NCBI GenBank assembly: GCA_023213395.1
Contig: CM041465.1
Coordinates: forward strand, 122,147,741-122,211,740
DNA: 64,000 bases
Direction: 5' to 3'
Origin: Cycas panzhihuaensis
Taxonomy: Eukaryota; Plantae; Cycadophyta
Part shown: piece by piece, positions 41,801-53,614 of the stretch
Numbering within the stretch: position 1 is the first letter of the stretch
Layout of the letters: every line of letters begins with the position of its first letter
Position numbers and translations under genes: made by a program
The notes under the pieces: generated by a model
Told to the model about the DNA's origin: nothing
Databases searched by the model: none
What the model saw: the letters and a program-made list of their open reading frames with translations, nothing else

Positions 41801-42776
41801 TTAGATCAAGATTGGATCCCCTTATAGGCTTTCTAGGCTTCAAAGGCAATTCTATTCCTACAGACATCAATGGTGTGCTCTTTTTTATGACAGTAAGTAC
41901 AACTAATGTTCTAATTAGGATTAATATTGGCAGTATTACTTTTTGGAAATGATTATTTAGAAGTATTCTAAGATTTAGGAAATCTAGAATACTTAGTGTT
42001 ATAGTGAGAATTATTTTGAGTAGATGAACCTTTATGAGGTTTTTGGAATCTAGGATGATGATGATGACTATTTTGATAGTTATTTTGATTTTTAGACTTA
42101 GTAAATGATTGTGACTTAGAAAAAAGAGCCTGTGAAGGATATTTTAATTTTTTAATATGATTGTGAATGAAATAAGTTGATTCGTTAATTAATCAAAAGT
42201 AATTGGTGGATGTCCTACCTGTTGCCTAATGGTTTTGAAGAGATTAAACTATTTTGGTAGTTTGTTAATTGCAAGACAGATAAGTGTATCGTCATGTTTT
42301 GCATGTGTTACAATAACTTCTTTGTCACCTAATTTTATAGAAGATTTAATACAATTTGCTAGGTCTTTGTTAATGAGTTGAAGTTTAGATTAAAAATATT
42401 CAACTTTAGAAAAATCTTCATAATTTAAATCATACATTTGTTGTTCTAATGCAGTTAATTTTTGTGTATCAACCCTATCGTACTTTTCCTTAAGAGTTTT
42501 CCAGATAGTGGCTAGATCATCTGTTTCAGAGAACTACCTGCTAATATTTGGAGAGAGGGAGAATATAATGGTTCCTAGGGCTCCATCACAGTTCATCAAA
42601 TAGACTATATAAGCTTCTGATGTTTTATCTTTAGGTTTTAGAGACTCACCTGTGACATATTGTCATATCTTCTGCTATTTAAACTGATGGGATATTCTAT
42701 TTTCCTAGTCGGCATAATTAGAACTGGTTAACACTAGAATTGATACACAAGAAGTTGTTCCTAGCATAAGAGCCAT
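38830..42776 (-). pseudogene. Copia-F gag-pol
   Basis: Start MALMLG...LTSSNYAD*; CTYCHKKEHTIDVC knuckle; WILDSGASHHMTG protease; ORFs 41042-41263 and 40679-41035 (integrase); ORF 39487-39966 (RT, LYVDDI); RNase H DILTKP. Confidence 0.93.
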
Positions 42777-44358
42777 ATTAGGAAAAAAAATGACAATTAG
42801 AAATCCTTTTAGAGGAAAAGTGAAGAGGTGTTGACTTTTAACAGTAGGTGAATGAAGTGAATAAATCAGAAAAATAAATTCATTAATAGACACTGAACAT
42901 TAAGTTACTTTATCATTGACAGAAAAATTAAAAAAATTAATAATAGTCATTCATCAAGAAATGTAAGATTTTTAATCAAAAAATTGTAAAACAATAATCA
43001 GAAATATGACAATTCATATTAATGTCAATATAAAGTGAAGTAATTAAATATTGCATGTTAATAATATCATTTATAAGTGAAAATAATAGCTTGAGAAAGT
43101 TTACAAATTTATGAAGAAGTATATAAATAAATAATGTTGTTACTTAATGAATTAAGAAAATAATCAATTGTTTATTAAATTATGGTAAAAATATTAAAAA
43201 ATTTAAGGGTTAAGAATACGTACTTGTACTCACCTGGTCAACAAAGAAGGCTTGACTTGGAATAAGAATCTGCTAATCAAAACAACATCAAAAAAACTTG
43301 AGAGACTAGTCAAAGCATCCATGACTGAGTCAAGAATCTGATGCTTCTTTCATAATTGGATTTTGACTCTGTATGAAGAAGTTATGGGGAAAAAAGAATA
43401 AGTACCCCCAAGGCGAACAGAGGCGGCGACCAAGAATCATCTTTGTAACTTTGGCGTGAAGATACTTCATTTCTTCATGAGGTTTCTTCATTGACGTCTT
43501 CTCTGTTTCGCAAGATATCACTCAGTGGCAATGGCGCTTCAAAAGTTCGAATCCACTCAAGTCTGTAGTTGTCTCCGTCTCATATTATTTCTCAGTCTGA
43601 TATGTAGTCACCTTCTTCCATCTGGGCATCTCCGTCTAGGCGTAGGTATCAGTTCTTCTGGCATTTGTTTGTTGGTATCTAAAGGGAGATCACTTTGTTG
43701 TGGTCTCCTGAATGTAGCTTCATTGGTGTCTCCTCAATGTAGCTTTGTTTCTTCTCAAAGTGTCACGGATGCTTCAGATGCTTTGTTCTTGTCATCTACG
43801 TCTGCGTGAGGCATAGCACACGAATAGGAGCAATGCAACTTCATCTATTGCTGACTTCTCTCCATAATGGCATTTCTGTCTTCCCTCATCGTCTCTGTCT
43901 CCTTCTGAGTTTTGGTAATGGATTGTTCAATCAATAGTGAGCCTAGACAGTTGGTCCATTGGCGTCTTCTATGGTATGTACTTTAGAATCTTACGGTATA
44001 TGCTTTGGCGTCTTCTATGATGATGTAGTGGCGTGAACAGAGGAGTGACAGCATGGGCTTGGAGGTGCATGAGATGTGGACTTCAGTGGTGACAGGTTTG
44101 TGACATGCATGCTAGCATGATTATTTTAAGAGCTTCTCACAGACCTTTGTCTCTACCCAGTGTTTCTTGATAATGGAGTCTTCAGTTCATAGCTTTATCT
44201 ATTGGCTTGTCTTCTCGAATCTCTTCCTTTCTGGAGCAGCTTATGTGACAACATCTTACTTGGAGTGCTTCAGAATCAAAGACATCATTGCCTTGATCTT
44301 GGGTTTGAGGAGAATTCTGAGAATACATAAGAATGTTTGTAGACCTGTGTTAATACCA

Positions 44359-44727
44359 TGAAGGAGAGAGGGTACATAAACAAGAAGTAAATGTAAATGC
44401 AGGAACCATTCAAGTCCATAACAAAGTGCACCAGATTTGGCAAGTGGAAAACCCCTTTAGGGGATAAACAACCACCTCGTGAATAATAATATTATTATAA
44501 TAATAAGGACATTTGAACAAGTTGAGAATCTCATCCTCCCTCTCATACTAACCTACCTACATACCAACATACTGCCTCCCAAATCTTCCAGCCAGACAAT
44601 ATATAAAAGATTCTAGAATAAATGGGAGAAGAGTTCAGTGATTTGGCCAATTGTCCAAATCAACGAACTTTTGTAATAAGACAAATAATCTTAATAATAA
44701 AAGATAACATTAGAATTAACACTAACA
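44359..44727 (-). repeat. 5' LTR of Copia-F
   Basis: TG...CA termini; adjacent PBS-like site at 44347-44358. Confidence 0.95.
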
Positions 44728-45770
44728 TATACCATGACAAAGGCATAACTGATTTTTAAGGCATCTTGTCATAGACCTTTCCATTCACACTTCAATTTTT
44801 CATCAAACACTTTATCTTGGTTCCACGTCAGACTTGTTCAGATATGCACACATATTGAACTAGCATCAAATAGGCCACAAACCCTTATCCTAGTATTAGT
44901 CCAACTAACCAAAGCATAACGGTCCATCATAACTGACAACCACTCATACAAATAACAAATTTTGAACCTCTTGTCACCTCATACACATCTAATGCAACAA
45001 AACTCGAATATAATCTAAATAAAACACATATATATGAACTTTGTGCAATGATCTATGCCATACTCAAACAGTAACAAAGTTTGCATCACTTGCAGCTAAG
45101 ATATCTCATTTAACTTGCCAATTCTCGCCCAATTAATTTACCATGTAATTCACATGCAACAAGGACCTCATCTCACCCTTCTCTCTTCCCCTCTTCTTCG
45201 CCCATAAAGCTCCTCCATATAAGACACATTCTAAGGAGAACCAAGTCACCATATCTCGCCCATAATCGAAGCATGCTTAATGCACTCTCTTCACCTCAAA
45301 TCGTCATCATCACCCAACTCACTCTCCCATGTAAAGCGCACGCAAGAAAGCCTCAAACATCACCTCATCTTGCCTATAATCTCTTTTATGTAAAACACAT
45401 GCAAAGAGCATCAAACAAATGCCTTAAAGTCACCCACTCACATTGCCACAATGCCATCCATAAAGCGTACTTAATGCATTCACTTCACCCATTAAACCCT
45501 GTCATGTAATCACATGCACCAAGGGCCATTCACCACTTCACCATATATCAACATGAAGCCTTATAAAATATATTTTTGCCATTTTAAAGGAGTATATACA
45601 TTTATCAAAATGCCAAAATAAGGATACCAAAGAGGCATCAATCGATGACAATGTATATAAATAAATGGGTATCAATGTATCAAAGCAACTCCAATTGTAT
45701 GAGGGACATTTATAAACATGAAGCAACTTTATAAGATGGCACATCAATATCAAAATATATATAAAGTCTC

Positions 45771-46062
45771 AAACACAAATGTAAACAATGTCGACAGAAT
45801 CTTTCACATCAGGTAAATCACGGCAAAAATCAAACAAAAGGATACTAGATTGTTGTGGGAAACCCTTATGGGTAAAAACCCACCAAATAATATTATATTC
45901 ACATTTTGATAAATCTAATGTACATAAGATATGGACTTTGATCTATATTTATAGATCTAAAGTGTCCTAAATAATAGGAATCACATATGTCGGCTCACCA
46001 ATATCAAGAATATTCCATATATCACACATTTACATTAGTTGGTATATTAATATATTGCAACA
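45771..46062 (-). repeat. 5' LTR of Copia-E (inner ~7 bp and PBS missing)
   Basis: Aligns with 36804-37096; lacks the tgttggg terminus, and no PBS is adjacent. Confidence 0.88.
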
Positions 46063-48016
46063 GTTACCAAAGAAGGCTTGCTAACTGACTCAGCAAAAGT
46101 AGCCACAATTTACATTATCCACAACCTCACAATCATAAACAAGTCAACGGATTTCTAGGATTAACAAGCTATTACTACAAATTTGTGAAGGAATATACAT
46201 AGATATCAAGGGCCTTAGAGTATCTGCTAGAAAAAGAAATGGATTGGGAATGAAGTCCAAAACAACAAAAGGCATTTGAGGCCCTAAAATAAGCAATAGC
46301 CTTAGCACCTGTATTACAATTCCTAAATTGGAACAAGGTATTCCATATATATAATGACACTTCCCAATTTGCTATCAAATGTGTTTTAACACAACCAGAG
46401 GAGAATAACACAGAGCAACTAATCTATTTCACAAGTTGAAAGCTAACCCAAGTAGAACAGAATCACATGACTATAAAGAGGGAAGGATTAGGAATGGTTT
46501 ACGCTCCACAAAAGTTTGGACATTACCTCCTCTCCTATCCTTCTATATTTTACGTAGATCTCCAAGAACTAATGTATATGGTAAATAAACCATTATTACG
46601 ATGATGCACTAGCCGATGGTTAATGTTATTTCAAGAATTTACCTTTCAAATCATTGTCAAGCTAGGAAAAGCACATATAGTCCTCGACCAACTTTTCATA
46701 ATACATGATGGGGAAAAACGTGGAGTACATGATGACTTTTCTAATGCATCATTGTTCAATATTGAAGTGATCTCTATCGAATGGCATGAAGATGTTATAG
46801 AGTTTCTAACAATAAGACACAGTTCCCAAAATCTAGATAAGACACAAAGAAGGAACTTGATATAGAAGGCAAAACCCTACCAACTAGTCAGTGGAGAATT
46901 ATATTGGTTTGGATTCAACGATAACTTGCGTTGTTGTATCCAACCACATGAAGCACAAGAAGTAATATCCCAAACACAAAAAGGAATATTTGGTGGACAC
47001 ACAGGGGTGAAGAATACACAAAGAAAAATATTGACAATGGATTTTGGTAGCCAACCTTGTTCAAGGATGTGAATGCATGGGTAAAGAAGTGTGATCACTA
47101 CCAAAGAGTCCGGAAACTGCAACCCAGAGATTTCAACTCCTTAAACCCAATACTTCCCTTAACGCCATTTGAGAAGTGGGAGTTTGATTCCATTAGCCTT
47201 ATAAAACCCGCAACACAACAGACACAAGTAAGGTATATTTTGGTAGCCATAGATTATGCAACCAAATGGATAGAAGCACGACCATTACAAAAAGAAGATG
47301 TGATTAGCATCGTTAGATTTCTATATGAAGTGATTATAATAAGATTTAGATGTCTTATTAAGCTAATCGGCGATCAATGAGCCCATTTTCTAAATTAGGT
47401 GGTAAGGGATCTCACGGAAACTTTTCTTATTAGTCATCCCAAATCAACCCCTTACTATCCTAGGGCTAATGGCTAAGTTAAAGCCTCAAACAAAATTCTC
47501 AAGAATTTCCTAAGGGAAATATGTGATGTTCAATGATCTGATTAGGTAGAAAAACTATATTCTGGTATATGGCCATGTCAGACAACTTATAAACAAACTG
47601 TAGGGCAAACACCATTTAAGTGAGTCTATGGAACTAAAGCCATTCTGTCCATTGAATTCCAAATTCCAAGTTAAGGATAGCACTTCCCTACAAGTTGGGC
47701 GACACTAATTTCTTAAAAGAATGATTGTGGCAACTAATTCAACTAGATGAAGACCGACAAAAAGACATAGAAAATACGAAGCAAAAAGCTTGGCACAACC
47801 GTTACGTGAAAAGTGCCACAGTTCAAGGAAGAGAACTAAGTTTTGTTGTATGACAGCAAATTCCACACCCATCTAAGAAAATTAAAATTATAATGGTTGG
47901 ATCCATACTAAGTCGAGCATATTTTTGATAATGGACTAGTACAATTATATGAAATTAACGGACACATATTGCCTACATTAGTCAATCGCAGTAGACTTAA
48001 ACTCTACCATTACTAG
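46063..48016 (+). pseudogene. Gypsy-C RT C-terminus, RNase H and integrase
   Basis: Resumes VTKEGLLTDSAKV; RNase H (FHIYNDTSQFAIKCVLTQ, FGHYLL, WLMLFQEFTF); integrase (GIFGGHTG, PFEKWEFD, AIDYATKWIEA, TPYYPRANG); ends VNRSRLKLYHY*; no chromodomain. Confidence 0.92.
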
Positions 48017-48620
48017 AGTTCCATTCCAGTAGGAATCAACTAGATATATACTATGGATTGCTTGCAGTTGCGGACAACCAAAATTGTCCTAGTACTGGAC
48101 TGAGGATTCTACCTAGTATATAAATAAAGAGAGACAAAAAAAAAAAGAGAATAAAAAAAATGGAAAAAATCAATCGTAACTTGAAAAATCGTATACTTGA
48201 GCAAATCATGGATAAAAATTAAGAATAAAAGAAAGTACGGCAAGAGAAAAATTACAAATTAGGCAATTATTCGGAGGAAATACATTATACATTCCAAAAA
48301 TAGAATGGGAACAAGAACGTACCAATCAAAGGGATCAAATAAACAAAATAAACATTACGTTCCTACGATCGTTCCAATATGCACACGAGTTGGCAACTAT
48401 AACAGCTCAGATTTAATATAATTTTATCATTCCAATAGTTAATAGGTCATAAATAGAAATAAATCCATACCAAGAACATGTCCAGCATGTGCTGCCAGCT
48501 CAGTGAACTAGCATACGTCCAGAACAATGGACAAACCAAGGTTTGTTAATTCTCTTGTATTTACCTTGTTTTATTAAATTCTTAATTATCTACACTCTTT
48601 CCTTCGACCACAGCAACAGA

Positions 48621-49740
48621 ATGAAGATTGCAGGAATTCAAGAGACCTATTTACCCATAGATAGAATTAGAGGAGCTCTCTGTCTCATTCCAGCAAAAAA
48701 TCAAACACGCAAAATGGGGAGATTTCATCCTAATGCCACCTTTATATTGGAATCCCGAAGTAATGGAGAAAGTTTTAATGGCTCTAAAATCAAACATGGA
48801 GAAAATAGAGCTAAGTGCAGAGTCCATTCATGATTTTACAAGACTTTTCAAAGAGGGGGACACTTCTACAGCGACAAAACAGTTAGAAGTAGACCGAAAA
48901 ATATGGATTTGTGAACGTTGCCATCCAGATACCCAAATGTATTCAGGAGGAATTAGAATTAATGATACTTGAGACAAGAGGTTACAATGGATAGCAAAAA
49001 TTACTGTGACAAAATTCTTTTCCAAACAAAAGCATACCTACATTCCATGCGACATAATGGTTATTCTACCTTTGGTCCATGATGGGATTTGAATGCACCG
49101 GTATGAATTTTTGGCAAGCAGTATGGAGCAACAGTTGGGAGAGCTGCAAACTCATCCCTTTAGACACCCATCACTCTTATTAGCCATATTATTTCAATAG
49201 TGTCCAAATGCCAAACCACCACACTTACCAATTGGTCTAAGAGAACCTATAATTAAAATATGGATAAATATAATGCTTAACACTACTCAGAATTCAATAA
49301 TAAAGAAACAAGTCAAAGTAGAAATGGGTAAAGTCTTAAAATGGATTCAACACAATCTTGGAACCTCTTTCCCTTCACAACCAAAGCAAGTAAGTAAGGA
49401 GAATACCAAGTGAAGATGAAAGTAGCTTGAAGAAGAAATATCACCTTCATTGGAGAAATGGGAGATGGAACCCTCATACACCTCAATCACTGAACTCGAA
49501 GAAGGTTCTAGTCAACATCCTTTAGAAGGCAAGAGAAAACAAATTGCTAAACTCTTGGAAGAAATGGAACAAGAATATAAAACAAAGATTGTATATTTGC
49601 AGAAAAGTTGAAGGAGAAATATGCCATTATTGCCACCTTAACACAAATTAATGAGGAATTGCTACGAATAAATGAGCCATCAGTAGACCCAGAACTGCAG
49701 AGACAATTTTGATTTAGAGAGGAATGAGAAGAACACAAAA
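48621..49740 (+). pseudogene. Gypsy-C extra 3' ORF (env-position accessory protein, ~370 codons, coiled-coil C-terminus)
   Basis: One frame runs ~48700-49610 broken only by TGA/TAG codons explainable as CGA/CAG; frameshifts near both ends; lies between the integrase stop and the 3' LTR. Confidence 0.7.
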
Positions 49741-49781
49741 TTTTTAAATTTTGAATTTTGAACAAGGGTGCTCAACCATTT

Positions 49782-50543
49782 TGTTGATCCGGGATAAATG
49801 TTAGGATCAAATTAGAGACTTATGCACCCAAAAGAATGATCATACAACAAATAAGGATTAATATGATTGGATAAACATAGGAGAATTGCTCAGCAAGCAT
49901 CTAGGATGAGGGATGCATGACTTAGAAGCAGAAATAGGGCATGAACATATCTAACAATAAGCATAGAACATTGTGTATTCCGTCACAGAAATACACAATA
50001 GACACAAAATACACGTGGAACGCTCAAAACAGAAGCAAGCCACGTGGACAGAATCATACAGATGCACATGTGGAAGACCAACAAACATGACGATTAACCT
50101 ATGGATTAATTATCGAAGGGCATGCATTACGGGAAATAAATGGTTGTAACTTCTGGTCACAACCATTCCCCAACAAGTACGCATATCTCACTTGAGTATA
50201 CTCACACAGCCATTTTAGTGTGAGAGTCATTTGATCTTATGTCATATTCTCAAGGGTGAGAGTTGAGTTTAGAGATCTTTTGCGACAATATTACATGAGA
50301 AAATGAGATGTAAAATAGTGATTTTGTTTAATAAAAAACCAAAGTTACAAGGAACGTATGTCTTCTATGTGTTTCTATTGATATGATGATAAGTGTATGA
50401 TATTATGATATGATTATGTTTACATTGTGGATTTATGAGGCGTGTTCTAACATTGACCCGCATGTTGACCATGAGCCCAATCTAGGCTACAGTGGAAAAA
50501 CCTTGACTAGTGCATGCTCCTAAGAGCCAAGATAGAGTCAACA
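49782..50543 (+). repeat. 3' LTR of Gypsy-C
   Basis: TGTTGA...TCAACA terminal inverted repeat; colinear with the 5' LTR. Confidence 0.92.
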
Positions 50544-50836
50544 AAACAGGCATATGCAGTGCCCAACATGTCCACCTAACCATGGATGGCTTCAACACGA
50601 GTCTAACACGGTTTGAAGAGTGCCCAATATTGATTTTAAATCTCGAACTGTGAAAAAAATCTTATTGAGTGAAATCCACCTCCTCAACCACCATTGCATT
50701 GCTGCGTTACTCTTCTGGTTATTAGAAAAAATTAAAATCATCAAAATTGAACTCTCAGTGTTACCAAGCAGCGTTTGATCTTATCACTTCCACTCAACTT
50801 TGCCTTAGTTGTATACTACGTTCAACTCTCATACCA

Positions 50837-51127
50837 TGTGAAGAAACATGAAACATGCATGTATTCTGAATTACAGGATTTTGATCATACACAACAAATA
50901 ATGATAAAGAACACAAATATATTGTATACAATATTTTATGTAAAAAACCCTTTCAAAAAATCTTGAATAATTTTTTAATGGATTCAGAGGTTATTCATAA
51001 TCTCCCAAATAGTACATCCATCCTAAATGGTTGTGACCCTCCAAAATATTCAAAACTTTTTGTTTTGTGTTAATTAATCCACATTTAACAATAACCATTT
51101 GGCTTAGCATTAACTACCATGCTAACA
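50837..51127 (-). repeat. 5' LTR of Copia-A
   Basis: TG...CA termini, adjacent PBS, TSD ATATT; carries a ~35-bp internal deletion relative to the 3' LTR. Confidence 0.92.
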
Positions 51128-51151
51128 ATATTTTCTGAAGAAGAGAGAAAT

Positions 51152-51460
51152 TGTAATAATCCTAAAACTAGTATTAAATTGGTAGTGAAGTTAATATTTT
51201 AAATTATTATTATTAAGAAGTCAATTTTTCAAAGAAATTCATTTTAGCACCTATAAATAGGGGAAACCCTAACTCATGATGTGTGATTTATTTTATGATG
51301 AGTTAATATTTGGATATGGCACTTTGGTGCTTGACAAATCTACCTCATCTATTGTTCTAACAAATACTTTTGATATTGATCTATTGAATACATAATTTAT
51401 GAATATAATCTATTACAATCTATTGTTTTTTACTAAATATTTGGAGTTGGGTCCATCATA
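51152..51460 (+). repeat. Probable 3' LTR of an older gypsy element (Gypsy-I) that hosts Copia-A
   Basis: Removing Copia-A gives ...tttgagggtaaaatattttctgaagaagagagaaat|TGTAAT, a typical gypsy pol end plus PPT plus LTR start; internal tataaatag; partner LTR not seen. Confidence 0.5.
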
Positions 51461-53210
51461 TGCATGGGGGTTAATGGAGGCAAACATGAAAATTTGTGTC
51501 ATCTCTTTGGATAAATAGTGCCTCCTCCTTTGTATGAAGGTTAGTCAATTATCAAATTCATATTCCTCGTTGAAGAATAACTCAATTTACTTGGCTTTCA
51601 TTGGGCTTTCTTGTTGTTTACTTACAGACCTTGTGGAACTATAAATAACTTATGTAAGTCCTATTACAAGTGCTATCAAAGTGAGCATCTTACACATTGC
51701 TTGGTGAAACTTTCAATCACTTTATGTTAATTATTTTCATCCACTACATTCTTGCAATCGACAATGTCTCAATTCATTTACCCTCTACATTGTTTCAATG
51801 TCTCTAGATCAATTTTCCAATTGTTTCCCTCCTTTTCATATTTTTATTACCATTTGCTTTGCTCTCTAACTAGCCATAGACATGGCTTTGTAGTTCTTGC
51901 AAGTAAACTACAAAATCTCCTTCATATTCACCCATTTCAAATCCCTGAGCATCATTGTTATCAACCAAGCATAAGACAATATAGATTGGTATGTAGGAAA
52001 CATTAAATAGTGGAGTGATAATCGAAAGCGGCTTCTGAAGTGGAATGTAGCAATTGGATTTGTTGTTTTAGCCTCACCTAGAAGCTATGGACCTTGATGA
52101 ATCCCTCACACAATCCCTATAAGCATCCCAGAAGTGTACACAACCCACTCCATGTTTGAACCCCTCACAACATTGTCCTAACATCTTGCATTATCCAAAT
52201 AACAAAAACCTCCATGCAAACCATTAATGACGAGTTTTTCCTAAGTGGGTTTAGTTGGTGACTGACAAATCAACCATTTTTATAACCTCAAATCCTCTAG
52301 CATTCAATTTAACATGATCTTATCACTAGCAAAACATGTCGTAGTAGCTAACATTAAGACAAACGATGTCACCCTTACTTTGGCAAATAATTTTTATTTT
52401 ACAAAATTTAATTCAAATCAAATTATATGCACCCATTTTAGCCCCCTCATCTTCTAGCCAATGCTCATATGCACTATAGAACATGGCTAGGTTCATTTTG
52501 CAAAGGAGAGAGAGCCTAGTCTTAAATGCCATCTCAAAGTTTTAGTACCCACCTATGCATTTTAAGACATAACTCTCACATGCAATCTCAAAATTCAATT
52601 CCATTTAAATTATTGGAATCCATGTTCTATTGACTTCAATTTGAGCTATTATGTGATCCCTTTTGGAGCTATTTAGTATCAGATTTTAATATGTGAAAAC
52701 GGGTCTTATAAGATCAAGATGGTTTATATTATAGTTTTTCGCATTATTGAGTTCAATTTTGAGGCCATTTGGACATTGGCTTGCAAGCCATTACTCTTGA
52801 GGTTATGGTCCTTATTTTCTTGTGCGGAGGGGGAAAAGAAAAAGAAAATTATGGTATGGCATTGGACTCTAGCCAAGACAAAATTTTGCTACTTAGTTTT
52901 CACGGTTTTGTCAATTTTGATGACTGGAATGCAAACCTACTAACATTCTTCAAGTCAATCAAATTGAAGAATGAATATGAGAAGATTAAAGAGAGTTTCA
53001 TGCACTTGAAAGATGGTCTCGTGCAGTGGGCACAATCTTGGCACTCCGAATACAATATGGCTTATTGAGATGACTTAATTCCAACTTTTTTACAACATGT
53101 TGAAGGAGATATTTCTATTCAAAATATACTAAAAAAGGTAGAGGCCAAATAGGAAGTAGAACATCTCGTTGATCATGTCGACAACCTAAAGGCCCTATTA
53201 CATAACCACT

Positions 53211-53614
53211 TGTGGCTTACGAAACTTGCTCACATATATCTGTGTCTAAGGCTATCATTGCTTAGTGGTTGTCATTAATTTGTATGTGCGAGATTGTTTG
53301 TAACTACCAATAGAATTGAAGACCGTTTGTCCTGCAAATGGTGTTGGTCGAAAGGTGGTCTCTTTTGCCTATTTAAGGCCTAATCTTTGTAAAAGAAGAT
53401 TGTTATGTATTTTGTATCTCATTTGACATTGTACTTCAGTACACTTCGGTGCTCATAAGCTTTCTTTCATGTCCATGTAAGTGTTTATTCTGTGTATTTT
53501 GCATATTTCACTCAATAAAGTGGTTTGTTGTTTTCCTACTATGTTTTTTGTTTCTTTTGCATTGCAAACTTAAGGATGATTGCTAAGAAGGAACTTGCTA
53601 AGTGGTATCAGACC
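53211..53614 (+). repeat. Unpaired LTR-like segment (H) followed by a tRNA-iMet PBS
   Basis: TATA-like cctatttaagg, aataaa, T-rich U5-like tract, then tggtatcagacc at 53603-53614; left boundary uncertain. Confidence 0.55.

Larger units (their letters stand above)
38380..44727 (-). mobile_element. Copia-F: full-length decayed Ty1/copia element nested in Copia-E
   Basis: 369-bp LTRs 38380-38748 and 44359-44727 (about 32 substitutions by hand count); perfect TSD TATAC (38375-38379, 44728-44732); PBS-like tggtattaaca; PPT at 38749. Confidence 0.95.
36797..46062 (-). mobile_element. Copia-E: internally deleted, probably non-autonomous copia element related to Copia-A
   Basis: LTRs 36797-37096 and 45771-46062; flanks GTTAG and GTTAC; PPT at 37097; faint RT (37200-37600) and integrase (38030-38130, 44770-44880) relics. 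Confidence 0.88.
25763..50543 (+). mobile_element. Gypsy-C: non-chromovirus Ty3/gypsy element (Athila/Tat-like or related lineage) inserted in the Copia-A leader
   Basis: ~770-bp LTR pair (~25763-26539 and 49782-50543); domain order gag-PR-RT-RH-INT; extra 3' ORF; no clean TSD, so the left end is uncertain by ~20 bp. Confidence 0.9.
13095..51127 (-). mobile_element. Copia-A: full-length decayed Ty1/copia element expanded to 38 kb by nested insertions
   Basis: LTR pair 13095-13424 and 50837-51127; TSD ATATT at 13090-13094 and 51128-51132; PBS (tggtatgagagt on minus) 50825-50836; PPT 13425-13433; coding relics at 13515-15633 and 22884-24639. Confidence 0.92.

Noticed and set aside
43525-43809. 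94-aa plus-strand ORF in the Copia-F leader
   Set aside because: No recognisable domain; antisense to the element in a GC-richer tract where chance ORFs are expected.
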